This document shows positions 34,730 through 43,840 of a stretch of 64,000 nt of DNA, in pieces. The stretch's first letter is position 1. The number at the start of each line of letters is the position of its first letter. The notes beneath the pieces are model-generated. The model did not search any database, had not been told where the DNA came from, and was given only the letters and a program-made list of their open reading frames with translations. The DNA comes from an uncultured Clostridia bacterium (GTDB taxonomy: Bacteria; Bacillota; Clostridia; Christensenellales; UBA1242), in assembly GCA_934754445.1 (NCBI GenBank), contig CAKVHZ010000001.1:8469-72468 (forward strand), given 5' to 3'. A program made the translations under genes and the position numbers.

Positions 34730-36007
34730 ATGAAAAAATTTTGTAAGATACTCTGCTCAATTTGTTTATTAATTAGTTCTTCACTAATCTTTTTTGCTTG
34801 CAAAGATGATATAACGCCTAAAATATTGCAAGCACCAGCGAATTTTGGAATGGTAAATAATGGAGAGTTGGATGACGAAACTTTTGATTTTATAAATAAT
34901 CAATATTTGTTGGTTGTAGAAAAAAATGCAAATGCTAGTTCCTATAAATTTTATTTGACCGACAACTCAAATTATCAGAGTTTAGATAATTATGTGGGAT
35001 ATGAAACCACAAATAACTATTTTGATGTAACAAATATTTTTGATAGTAAAAAAGTTTATCATTATTTTGTTCAATATATAGGTGATGGGAAAAAATATCT
35101 TAATAGCGAATATTCTACTATAAAATCGTATACTCCAGACCCTGAAATGGTGGATGCTCCTTATGTGCAATTAACTGGCGAAAAATTATGTTGGACACAA
35201 ATTTTAAATGCTAATAGTTATGAAATTTATGAAACAATTTTAAATAAAGATAATAGTGTTGTTCAAGAAAAAACAAAGATTGCAACTGTAAACTACAATG
35301 TATTTGAATATGATATAAGTGCAAGATTTAGTGATGTTAATTATCCATATTATAAATATAATTATGAAGTTTTATCATTAGCAAGTGGTTTTTATGAAAA
35401 TTCAAATTTTAGCAACAAAGTTGAATATATTAAAAATGTAAATTTAGAGACGCCAAAAAATTTAAGTGTTTCAAAAGAAGATAATGATTACTATTTAAGT
35501 TGGGATAACACAAAGTATGCAACAAGTTATTTAGTAAAAATTAATGGAAATACTCCTATTGAAATAAATAGCACAAAACTAAACATAACTGCATATTTAA
35601 CAAATTACGCAAGTTTTACTTTCAGTGTAAAAGCAAATAAAAGTGATGCTATAAGTTATATTGAAAGCGATTATAGTAACGATTTAGTTTATGACTATAA
35701 AACAAAATTACAAATGCCAACTAATTTAACTGTTGCAACTGAAGGTGAATTTATTAAAGTAGAATTTGATAATGTAAATTTAGCAACAAACGGTTATACT
35801 TTAAAAGTTTATTACTTAGGTAGTCTTGTTAAAACAATCAGTGATTTTGAAAGTGGAAATTTACTACGTTCAACCGAACTGGTAGGTGAATTAGATGCTG
35901 ATAAAGATATAACTATAGAAGTTTATGCAAATAATGTTGGAGAATATATTGAAAGAAGCGAAAGTGCTAGAGTTAACTACACAATATTAAAACCAACACT
36001 AGGCTAA
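34730..36007 (+). CDS. Lipoprotein with FN3-like repeats
   Basis: Lipobox IFFAC. Repeated P.NL.V....Y.LSWD.V..ATSY.V-type segments. It starts 9 nt after the previous stop. Confidence 0.55.
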   Translation: MKKFCKILCSICLLISSSLIFFACKDDITPKILQAPANFGMVNNGELDDETFDFINNQYLLVVEKNANASSYKFYLTDNSNYQSLDNYVGYETTNNYFDVTNIFDSKKVYHYFVQYIGDGKKYLNSEYSTIKSYTPDPEMVDAPYVQLTGEKLCWTQILNANSYEIYETILNKDNSVVQEKTKIATVNYNVFEYDISARFSDVNYPYYKYNYEVLSLASGFYENSNFSNKVEYIKNVNLETPKNLSVSKEDNDYYLSWDNTKYATSYLVKINGNTPIEINSTKLNITAYLTNYASFTFSVKANKSDAISYIESDYSNDLVYDYKTKLQMPTNLTVATEGEFIKVEFDNVNLATNGYTLKVYYLGSLVKTISDFESGNLLRSTELVGELDADKDITIEVYANNVGEYIERSESARVNYTILKPTLG

Positions 36008-36089
36008 TAATTAAAAATAAAAAATAAAATACAATAGATTAATATTGAAAAGTTAAAAATCATATAACAACAAAAAACATAAGTCAAAC

Positions 36090-36120
36090 AAAAAAAAGAG
36101 CAATTAAATTGCTCTTTTTT
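36090..36120. terminator. Bidirectional terminator
   Basis: AAGAGCAA-ttaaa-TTGCTCTT flanked by A8 and T6. Confidence 0.8.
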
Positions 36121-36129
36121 AAACTAAAA

Positions 36130-37221
36130 TTAAACATTGAAACGGAACAAAACAACATCGTTGTCTTGAATAACATAGTCTTTTCCTTCCATTCTAACTT
36201 TACCTTTTTCTTTTGCCTTAGTAAAATTGCCTGCTTCCATTAAATCATCATAACTTACAATTTCGGCCTTAATAAAGCCTTTTTCAAAGTCGGTATGTAT
36301 TTTTCCTGCTGCTTGTGGGGCTTTCGTCCCTTTTTTAATTGTCCATGCTCTAACTTCTTTTTCGCCTGCAGTTAAATAACTAAACAATCCTAAAGTGTCG
36401 TAACTTGTTTTAACAAGTTTATCAAGCCCACTTTCTGTAATACCTAATTCTTGAGAAAACATAATTTTATCTTCATCGCTTAAACTTGCAAGTTCTTCTT
36501 CAATTTTAGCACATAAAACAATCATTTTAGCGTTTTGTTCGTTTGCTATTTGTTCAACAACCTTAACGTAGTCGTTATAAGGCTTAGAGATGTCATTTTC
36601 GCCGATATTTGCAACATATATTACTGGTTTGCTTGTTAGTAAGAAGAAACTTTTGACAATTTCTTTTTCATCATCATTAAAGTTTAAAAGTCTTGCTGGT
36701 TTACCTAAGTCTAGTTGAGTTTTTATTTGTCTTAATATATTTAATTCGGTCTCTGCATCTTTTAAACCTGCTTTAAAGTTTTTTTCGGCTTTTTCTAGTC
36801 TTTTATCAACTGTTTCTAAATCTGCCATAATTAATTCGTATTCAATTATATCTATATCTCGTTTAGGATTTACACTATTTTCAACATGTAAAATATTTGC
36901 ATTATCAAAGCATCTAACAACATGGCAAATAGCATCAACTTCTCGAATATGGCTTAAAAATTTGTTGCCTAATCCGTCGCCTTTACTTGCTCCTTTAACT
37001 AGACCTGCAATGTCTACGAATTCAATAACAGCAGGTGTAATTTTTTGGCAGTTATATAATTTTGCTAAATTGTTTAATCTATAGTCTGGAACGCATACCA
37101 TCCCAACATTTGGTTCAATAGTGCAAAAAGGGTAGTTTGCACATTCTGCCCCTGCTTTTGTTATTGCATTAAATAAAGTGCTTTTACCAACATTTGGTAG
37201 TCCTACAACACCTAGTTTCAT
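36130..37221 (-). CDS. ychF: Ribosome-binding ATPase YchF
   Basis: MKLGVVGLPNVGKSTLFNA, NYPFCTIEPN and a C-terminal TGS-like domain ending VVLFRFNV. Confidence 0.95.
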   Translation of the reverse strand: MKLGVVGLPNVGKSTLFNAITKAGAECANYPFCTIEPNVGMVCVPDYRLNNLAKLYNCQKITPAVIEFVDIAGLVKGASKGDGLGNKFLSHIREVDAICHVVRCFDNANILHVENSVNPKRDIDIIEYELIMADLETVDKRLEKAEKNFKAGLKDAETELNILRQIKTQLDLGKPARLLNFNDDEKEIVKSFFLLTSKPVIYVANIGENDISKPYNDYVKVVEQIANEQNAKMIVLCAKIEEELASLSDEDKIMFSQELGITESGLDKLVKTSYDTLGLFSYLTAGEKEVRAWTIKKGTKAPQAAGKIHTDFEKGFIKAEIVSYDDLMEAGNFTKAKEKGKVRMEGKDYVIQDNDVVLFRFNV

Positions 37222-37277
37222 ATTTCATCTCCTTAGTAATCATAAAGTAGTTACTTTTGCATTTTTTCGATGGCAAA

Positions 37278-37345
37278 AATATCATTGCGTAGCAATATTA
37301 TTCGCATTAGCGAATATCATTGAATCATTAGGTTCAATTTCATTG
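37278..37345. repeat. Three AATWTCATTG direct repeats, each entering a short hairpin, in the ychF leader
   Basis: AATATCATTG at 37278 and 37313, and AATTTCATTG at 37336. Hairpins are ATTGC-gta-GCAAT, ATTCGC-atta-GCGAAT and ATTGAA-N8-TTCAAT. Confidence 0.5.
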
Positions 37346-37386
37346 TAAGTAAAAAGAAAAACTTAAAGATTATTCTTTTACTTGCT

Positions 37387-37462
37387 TGGTTGGAGTGGTA
37401 GGATTTGAACCCACGAAATGTCGGAATCAGAATCCGATGCCTTACCGCTTGGCGACACTCCA
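37387..37462 (-). tRNA. tRNA-Gln (anticodon CTG)
   Basis: Near-identical D/anticodon arms to E. coli tRNA-Gln (TCGCCAAGCGGTAAGGCA; loop TTCTGAT). U1-A72 pair, CCA encoded. Confidence 0.85.
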
Positions 37463-37526
37463 AAAGTAGAATAATTTTAACTCAGTTAAATTTTTTTGTC
37501 AACCTTATAAAAATATTAAATATAAT

Positions 37527-37555
37527 TTGCTTTAAAATGTAAATTATATTATAAT
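37527..37555 (+). promoter_or_regulatory. Promoter TTGCTT-17-TATAAT, ATG 6 nt downstream (leaderless geometry)
   Basis: Hexamers at 37527-37532 and 37550-37555. The marR-like ATG is at 37562 and has no SD. Confidence 0.45.
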
Positions 37556-37561
37556 TTAAGT

Positions 37562-37975
37562 ATGGAATTAGATGTATTAAATATTTTAAAACTTAATTCT
37601 ACTTTAAATAACCTAATTGAAGGTTTTGATGATTTTTTATACACAAAAAAAATTAATTTAACTATAAAAGATAAAATATTAATACTTTTAACTGAAAAAT
37701 CGCTTTCTCCGTTTGAATTAATTAAAATATTGTCGGTTGCTAAAACGAACTTGGCATTAATTTGTCAAGATTTAATTAAAGATGGACTTATTAAAAAAGA
37801 AAAAGATTTGATAGATAAAAGAAATATAATTTATTCTTTAACGGATGTAGGGAGAGAAAGAGCAATTAATATTGCGCTTAATATAAATAAGCAAATAAAT
37901 ATGAAAATAGAATTTAAAAATAATAATGAGCAAATTAATAATAAAGTTAAAGAGTTATTACAGTTATTAAGTTAA
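37562..37975 (+). CDS. MarR-family transcriptional regulator
   Basis: wHTH segment LSPFELIKILSVAKTNLALICQDLIKDGLIKKEKDLIDKRNIIYSLTDVG. Confidence 0.7.
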   Translation: MELDVLNILKLNSTLNNLIEGFDDFLYTKKINLTIKDKILILLTEKSLSPFELIKILSVAKTNLALICQDLIKDGLIKKEKDLIDKRNIIYSLTDVGRERAINIALNINKQINMKIEFKNNNEQINNKVKELLQLLS

Positions 37976-39306
37976 TAGATTATAGGGCGATTGTTGTGGT
38001 CATAAATCTTATCGAAGTTTAAACCTAAATATTCGCCTTTTTTACGCAAAAAATTACCATTTATTTGAGTGCAAGACAAAAATGCAAAATTATATTTTAT
38101 TAAAAGTTTGTTATTACTTGTATCTATAAAAACTTTAAACCCCAATTTGTTTAATTCTTTATAATAATTATTTATAACATTGTTCGACGGAGAAACATAA
38201 ATGTTAATGTTAGGAGATATGTTAAAAATCGTATCTTTAATATAAGTAATTTCTTCTTCTAAATTTGAAATATCAACATTTGGATTGCTAAAAGCAAATT
38301 TGTAACCTTTTGTTTTAAGATTTGCCATAAGTTTTTTTAAGGTTAATAAATCATTGTTTAAATTAGGGTTGGTTTTAGAAATATTATATCCTAAAATATT
38401 GTCGTTTTTGTCAAAAGAAATTATAGAGCGAGCATTGTTTTGTGAAAAATCTTTATTTTCCTCAATAAAATTTTCTAAAATAGGAATAAAATCGGCAGTA
38501 TAACTTATTTGATTTTGTTCAGTTTGTTTTGAAGAAAAAGTTGCTATCTTATCTTTAGAGTCTATGATAAATTTGTCTATAAAGCAATTTTCATTATCGT
38601 GATAATTTATATGATTAAACATTAAGATTAACGGTTTTTTGTTTAATGGTAAATATATATCTCGTTTAAAAATATTTTCTTCTTGAATGTCTAAATAATC
38701 AAAAATATCAATTAAAACGTAATTATTTATATATAATTCGTTTAATAAATTTGAAAATTCCTTTGTCGTTAGATATAAATTATTTAATTTTTCGCTATTG
38801 GCATTTTCGGTAAAAGCAACTATTGGGTAGGCAATTAATTTATTAATAGAAATGATTTCAGGTTCGTATTCGCAATAAAACAATCCATCTTTTACAAAGA
38901 ACTTCGAGTAATGAGTAATTAAAGAATAAATAGTTTTTTTGTCTTTAAATAATTGGCTTTTACTTTCTAAAAATTCAACTGCTTCTTTATATTCCTTTTT
39001 GGTTGCTAGTTCTCTTGCTTTTAGAACAATATTTTCACGATAATTTTCCATAAGACCTTCTATCTCTTTAATTTTATAACTAAAAAATTGTGTGTTCTCT
39101 TGACATAAAATATCAAGATATTTATACATAGTTTCAACATTACTATCTATTTCATTGTTACCTTGAAGTTTGATTAGGAGTGTTTCAACTAATTTTTCTC
39201 TATTAATTGCACTTTCTGGTGTAGCAAAAAGGGTGTTAACATTAATTATATTAACACTACTAAATATTAGAAAAAATATTATTAAATAATAAATAATTTT
39301 TTTCAT
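37972..39306 (-). CDS. Hypothetical secreted protein (444 aa)
   Basis: N-terminal signal peptide. No family recognised. Confidence 0.55.
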   Translation of the reverse strand: MKKIIYYLIIFFLIFSSVNIINVNTLFATPESAINREKLVETLLIKLQGNNEIDSNVETMYKYLDILCQENTQFFSYKIKEIEGLMENYRENIVLKARELATKKEYKEAVEFLESKSQLFKDKKTIYSLITHYSKFFVKDGLFYCEYEPEIISINKLIAYPIVAFTENANSEKLNNLYLTTKEFSNLLNELYINNYVLIDIFDYLDIQEENIFKRDIYLPLNKKPLILMFNHINYHDNENCFIDKFIIDSKDKIATFSSKQTEQNQISYTADFIPILENFIEENKDFSQNNARSIISFDKNDNILGYNISKTNPNLNNDLLTLKKLMANLKTKGYKFAFSNPNVDISNLEEEITYIKDTIFNISPNINIYVSPSNNVINNYYKELNKLGFKVFIDTSNNKLLIKYNFAFLSCTQINGNFLRKKGEYLGLNFDKIYDHNNRPIIY

Positions 39307-39414
39307 ACTTTTAGTATCTCTACTTATTTATTAAAAATTTAAAAAGTATAAAAAAAGATATTTTTTGATAAAATTTTTTATTAATTTTATGTCTAAAAGT
39401 GTTATCTTTTATCT

Positions 39415-40455
39415 ATGGAAAAAAGATTAAATAAATACATAAAAAAAGTATTAATTAAAGATGATTGTTTTAGTGAAATTAATAATTTAATTGAAGAGAA
39501 TTTTGTAAATAGTAGAGTAGTATTCGTTGTAGATTTTTATACTTATCAAACTTATTATTACAAATTATTAGAACTACAAAAATGCTCTTTAAATAGTGTG
39601 GAAATTAAGGTTATTTATAACGAAAAAAAGTCAGAAAAAAAACTTGAAAATTTATTGAATGAAACTTATAGTATGATAGTTGGAATAGGCGGTTTTAATG
39701 TGTTAAAATTCACTAAAAATTTTGCCATAAAAAATAATATAAATTATGCTATTATTAACTTATATTCATTAAAATGCGAAATTTTTACTGATTTTTTATC
39801 AAATTTTGATTATTTTAACCCAAATTCGCCAATATTCGTGTTAATAAATAAGCAAAAAGTAACACATAAATTATTGTTTGATTTAAGTGTAAATTTGTAT
39901 AAATATAGTTATGTTTTGTTTGAAAATTATACTTTGGAATTTAAGAAAAATTATATTGATATTATAACAAATATAAATGCTGAAAATATATATGAAAAGG
40001 TTGTTGCTTGTGGGCTACTTTTTAATCAAAACAATATAAAATTTATAGTTAAAAATAATTATAATGATTTTAATAATTTTATATATAGTCAGGTTTATTT
40101 ATTAATAAATAGAAATATATTAAAAAAGATAAATAAAAACAATTTGTGTTTGATAGATATGTTAAATTTTAATAGTAAAAAAAGTTTAAATAATTATATT
40201 AACTTTGATGTTAAATTTAACAAATTTTACTTGCTTGCAAATAAATATTATCTTTTAAACAAAATAAATAAAGTTTTAGAGATGAATGCAACAATCTTAT
40301 TTAAACTAAAATGTTTAGATATATATGCTTTTTATACTTATTGTAAAACTTGTGATAAAATTAAATTTAAAAATATTTTTAATTTTAATAACACAATTTT
40401 AGATAAAATGAAATATTTTGAAATATTTGAAAGTGTAAATAAATTTTATGCTTAA
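39415..40455 (+). CDS. Hypothetical protein, remote DHQS/Fe-ADH-like glycine motif
   Basis: SMIVGIGGFNVLKFTKNFA loosely resembles the GGGS..D nucleotide-binding loop. Extremely Asn/Lys/Tyr-rich. No SD. Confidence 0.3.
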   Translation: MEKRLNKYIKKVLIKDDCFSEINNLIEENFVNSRVVFVVDFYTYQTYYYKLLELQKCSLNSVEIKVIYNEKKSEKKLENLLNETYSMIVGIGGFNVLKFTKNFAIKNNINYAIINLYSLKCEIFTDFLSNFDYFNPNSPIFVLINKQKVTHKLLFDLSVNLYKYSYVLFENYTLEFKKNYIDIITNINAENIYEKVVACGLLFNQNNIKFIVKNNYNDFNNFIYSQVYLLINRNILKKINKNNLCLIDMLNFNSKKSLNNYINFDVKFNKFYLLANKYYLLNKINKVLEMNATILFKLKCLDIYAFYTYCKTCDKIKFKNIFNFNNTILDKMKYFEIFESVNKFYA

Positions 40456-40483
40456 AAAAAATAAAGCGGTTAATAATTAATGC

Positions 40484-40975
40484 ATGAAAAAATTAATTTT
40501 ATTAATCGCCTTTTTGTTTCTTCTTACTTTAACTTATAGTTTCTCGCCAATATTTAATAATTTATTTTCTTTACATAATGTTGTTTTTAGTGATGCGGTA
40601 TATTCGGTTTATTGTTTAGATATTAGTAGTAGTTTAAATTCTAATGATATAATTGTTTTAAATAATGGAAATAGTTTTATAGTAAAAAGCAATATAAATT
40701 ATGCTGAATTTGTTAAAAAAAATTCTTTTAATGTTTTGGGTGAAAGTGTTAGTTTTAAAAGCGACTTGTTTTCTATTGATAGAATAATTAAATTTTATAA
40801 TATTGATGTAAAAATAAAAGAGAATGTTGCTGATATTATAACTATTTATGGATATAGTAAAAACAATCAATTTACCAATTCGGTTATAATTGACAATGAA
40901 CCTGTAAATATACAAATTGCTTTTAAAGATAAAAAACTGACGATAGGCACTCCAATAATTTTAGGAGATTATTAA
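40484..40975 (+). CDS. Hypothetical secreted protein (163 aa)
   Basis: Signal peptide. No family recognised. No SD. Confidence 0.45.
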   Translation: MKKLILLIAFLFLLTLTYSFSPIFNNLFSLHNVVFSDAVYSVYCLDISSSLNSNDIIVLNNGNSFIVKSNINYAEFVKKNSFNVLGESVSFKSDLFSIDRIIKFYNIDVKIKENVADIITIYGYSKNNQFTNSVIIDNEPVNIQIAFKDKKLTIGTPIILGDY

Positions 40976-41028
40976 AAATTTATGTTTAAAAAAAAATATT
41001 AAGTCAACAATTAGAGTAGGAGGATAGT

Positions 41029-41598
41029 ATGGAAAAATTTTTAAAAAGAATGAGCAAATATAAAACGTACTTATATTCAATTTTGGCGGTTGTAATTTTA
41101 GCGGTAATTTTAACTACTGTGGTGGCTGTTAATACGAATAAAACACAAAATTCTATACCAACGAACACAGATTCAATTAAGTTTAGTTTACCTGTTTTAA
41201 ATGCAAGTATTACTAAAGGTTATAATGCTGAAGAGTTGCAATATAATAAAGGTTTAAACTGCTGGGAAATTCATAAAGGCTTAGATTTACTTGCTGAAAT
41301 AGGAGACAATGTTCTTGCTTGTTACGACGGAGAAGTTACTAACATCACTTCTAACTATTTAGATGGAACAACTATTGAAATAACTCACTCCGATGGTTTA
41401 AAAAGTGTGTATAGTGGTTTAAATAGTGACACTAAAGTAAAGGTTGGCGATAGCGTTAAAATCAACGATGTGATTGGTGTTGTCGGCTCAGAACTAGCGC
41501 TAGAAGGCGAAGAAGGTTCTCATGTTCATTTTGAATTAATTAAAGATGGCGAGAAAGTTGACCCATTAAATTACATTGAAATTGGGCTAAAAGATTAA
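41029..41598 (+). CDS. Membrane-anchored M23/LytM peptidase, SpoIIQ-like
   Basis: N-terminal TM, then HKGLDL...GDNVLACYDGEV...GSHVHFELIKDGEKVDP. Located near spoIIID. AGGAGG SD. Confidence 0.75.
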   Translation: MEKFLKRMSKYKTYLYSILAVVILAVILTTVVAVNTNKTQNSIPTNTDSIKFSLPVLNASITKGYNAEELQYNKGLNCWEIHKGLDLLAEIGDNVLACYDGEVTNITSNYLDGTTIEITHSDGLKSVYSGLNSDTKVKVGDSVKINDVIGVVGSELALEGEEGSHVHFELIKDGEKVDPLNYIEIGLKD

Positions 41599-41671
41599 TT
41601 GTGTAAAATGCTTTACTTTTTATAAATTTAGTGATATAATTAACCTGTTTATTCTATATAGGAGGACATTT

Positions 41672-41908
41672 ATGACTACTTTTGAAAAAGTAAGGGAAGT
41701 AATTTGTAATCAACTTGGTAAACCTGAAGATAAAGTGACTTTAGATAGTAACATCGTTGAAGGCTTAGGTGCAGATTCTCTTGATGTTGTTGAAATGCTT
41801 ATGGCTTTAGAAGAAGAATTCAACATGACCTTACCAGATGAAGCATGTGCAAATTTAAAAACTGTTAACGATATTGTTACATTTATTGATGCTCATAAAA
41901 ATAAATAA
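41672..41908 (+). CDS. acpP: Acyl carrier protein
   Basis: LGADSLDVVEMLMALEEEF phosphopantetheine-attachment motif. 78 aa. Confidence 0.9.
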   Translation: MTTFEKVREVICNQLGKPEDKVTLDSNIVEGLGADSLDVVEMLMALEEEFNMTLPDEACANLKTVNDIVTFIDAHKNK

Positions 41909-41910
41909 AG

Positions 41911-41933
41911 AAATGGCTTTTAGCCATTTTTTT
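41911..41933 (+). terminator. acpP terminator
   Basis: AAATGGCT-ttt-AGCCATTT followed by a T-run. Confidence 0.8.
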
Positions 41934-42009
41934 ATTTTGTCTAGATTAAAATAATTGTCATATTTTGTAAAAACAAATCATATTTTATACCACAAGGATG
42001 GTGCAAAAT

Positions 42010-42252
42010 ATGAGCGAAAAAGAAATTATAAATATTGCAAATTTTATATTAGATAAAAACCTAACTATTAGGGGAGCAGGGAAAATTTTTAATACTCCTA
42101 AAAGCACACTTCACTATAATGTAACCACAAGACTTAGAGAAATTGATTATAAATTATATTTAAAATTACACTTATATTTACAAAAAAATTTTAAAGAAAA
42201 ACATATTAGGGGCGGACTTGCGACCAAAAAGAAATATAGTAAAATGTGTTAA
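42010..42252 (+). CDS. spoIIID: Stage III sporulation transcription regulator SpoIIID
   Basis: TIRGAGKIFNTPKSTLHYNVTTRL HTH and C-terminal HIRGGLATKKKY parallel B. subtilis SpoIIID. An upstream in-frame ATG at 41998 is also possible. Confidence 0.85.
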   Translation: MSEKEIINIANFILDKNLTIRGAGKIFNTPKSTLHYNVTTRLREIDYKLYLKLHLYLQKNFKEKHIRGGLATKKKYSKMC

Positions 42253-42320
42253 AGAATTTAATAAATTTTATAAAATTGATTACCATAAAAAATAATATTT
42301 ATTTTTAAAAAACTTAACAA

Positions 42321-42355
42321 AAAGAGATAAAACATAACATTTTATCTCTTTTTTT
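42321..42355 (+). terminator. spoIIID terminator
   Basis: 12-bp stem AAAGAGATAAAA/TTTTATCTCTTT followed by a T-run. Confidence 0.8.
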
Positions 42356-42384
42356 GTGACATTTTGATATAAAAATGTGACATT

Positions 42385-42927
42385 TTATTGATTTTTGTAA
42401 ATTTTCTCTAAATTTTCTAAGGATTTTTTTAAGGCATAAATATAATCTCTTTTTAAGTTTTTAAGGCTACTTAAATAGCCATTAATTTTTGTGATATTGT
42501 AATAATTGAGATTAGAAATATTGTTTAATGCTTCTAAAGTGTTATTTTGGGTTGGGTAAAATTTATAATTTTTTATATTCGTCATTATAAGTTTGTTTTC
42601 ACCATTTCTATAACGATAAAACAAACTAATATCTCCTAAAAATGCAACACGAATATAAACATCTCCATTATCAACTTTTTCTATTTTATATTCTGTTCCA
42701 TCTTTTTTACATTTTCTAAAAAAGTCAGAAACTGTTATAAAGGTTTTTTTGCTATAATCTTCATCTAAAGTAATTTTTTCAATTTTAACTTTTTTGTTTT
42801 GAGTTCTATAAACTTCAACATATTCTTTAGTGCTGTTAATTATATAAACAGGTTCGTTGAAACTTTTATTTTTAAGTAATTCAGTATTAATTACAAAATT
42901 TTTTTTAATTTTTTCTAATTTTCTCAT
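42385..42927 (-). CDS. Hypothetical protein (180 aa)
   Basis: Overlaps the upstream ttcA-like stop by 4 nt. No family recognised. Confidence 0.55.
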   Translation of the reverse strand: MRKLEKIKKNFVINTELLKNKSFNEPVYIINSTKEYVEVYRTQNKKVKIEKITLDEDYSKKTFITVSDFFRKCKKDGTEYKIEKVDNGDVYIRVAFLGDISLFYRYRNGENKLIMTNIKNYKFYPTQNNTLEALNNISNLNYYNITKINGYLSSLKNLKRDYIYALKKSLENLEKIYKNQ

Positions 42928-43658
42928 ATGTTATCGTCCTTTTTTGTGTATTTGTCATATAAATTGTAACTTTCTGGGCTTATGATTGCTCTAAAAGTTC
43001 GGTCTATAGAAATAGGAATTTCTTTTTTGATATTTTTTAGTAAATTTTTGATATATTCTCGTTGAGTTTTATGGTTCGCTGGGCAACAATTAAAAAATAC
43101 TGGCATAGTTTTGCTTTCGTTTATTGTTTCATGTTCTTCAATAAAAATCATTGGCCTAATTACATAAATGCCTGTGTTGGGAAGATAAGTAATAGGAGCA
43201 AAAGTAGAAAGCCTACCCTCATAGAACAAACTTAAAAAGAAAGTTTCTATTAAATCATCACGAGTATGCCCTAAAGCCACCTTGTTACAACCTAATTCTT
43301 TTGCTTTGTTGTTTAATATTCCACGCCTTAGTTTTGCACATAGTGAGCAAGGGTTCTTCTCTTTTCTTTCAGTAAAAACGATATCGTAGATTTGACTTTT
43401 AACTACAACATATTCAACGTTTAATTCATCGCAATATGCTTTTACTTTACTGTAATCACTTTCGCCGTTAAAAAGGTCAACAGAAATTGCAATTAGACTA
43501 TATTTTTTGGGTGAAAAACGTTGAAATTTTGCAAGTAAAGTAAGCAAAACTAAACTATCTTTTCCGCCTGATAATCCAACGGCAATTTTATCATTTTCTT
43601 CAATTAAATTGTAGGTTTCTATGCACTTACGAAATTTTGACAATAATTTTTGAATCAT
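42924..43658 (-). CDS. ttcA: PP-loop ATPase, tRNA 2-thiocytidine synthase TtcA-like
   Basis: SGGKDS PP-loop, CSLCAKLRRG and ALGHTRDDLIETFFLSLFYEGR. Confidence 0.75.
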   Translation of the reverse strand: MIQKLLSKFRKCIETYNLIEENDKIAVGLSGGKDSLVLLTLLAKFQRFSPKKYSLIAISVDLFNGESDYSKVKAYCDELNVEYVVVKSQIYDIVFTERKEKNPCSLCAKLRRGILNNKAKELGCNKVALGHTRDDLIETFFLSLFYEGRLSTFAPITYLPNTGIYVIRPMIFIEEHETINESKTMPVFFNCCPANHKTQREYIKNLLKNIKKEIPISIDRTFRAIISPESYNLYDKYTKKDDNI

Positions 43659-43737
43659 AGTTTTAATTGTAAATATTTTTTAGTGTTTTGTAAAGGAATT
43701 TTGCACCTATTTTATGAAAAAAAGTAAGACAATTTAA

Positions 43738-43767
43738 TTGACAAAATAAGTCATTTATATTTATAAT
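43738..43767 (+). promoter_or_regulatory. Promoter TTGACA-18-TATAAT upstream of the giant gene
   Basis: Hexamers at 43738-43743 and 43762-43767. Confidence 0.45.
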
Positions 43768-43840
43768 AATATAAATAATTTAATTATATTATTTTGTGAT
43801 AAAAAATGCACTTTGTTACAAAATAAATTTAGGAGTAATT

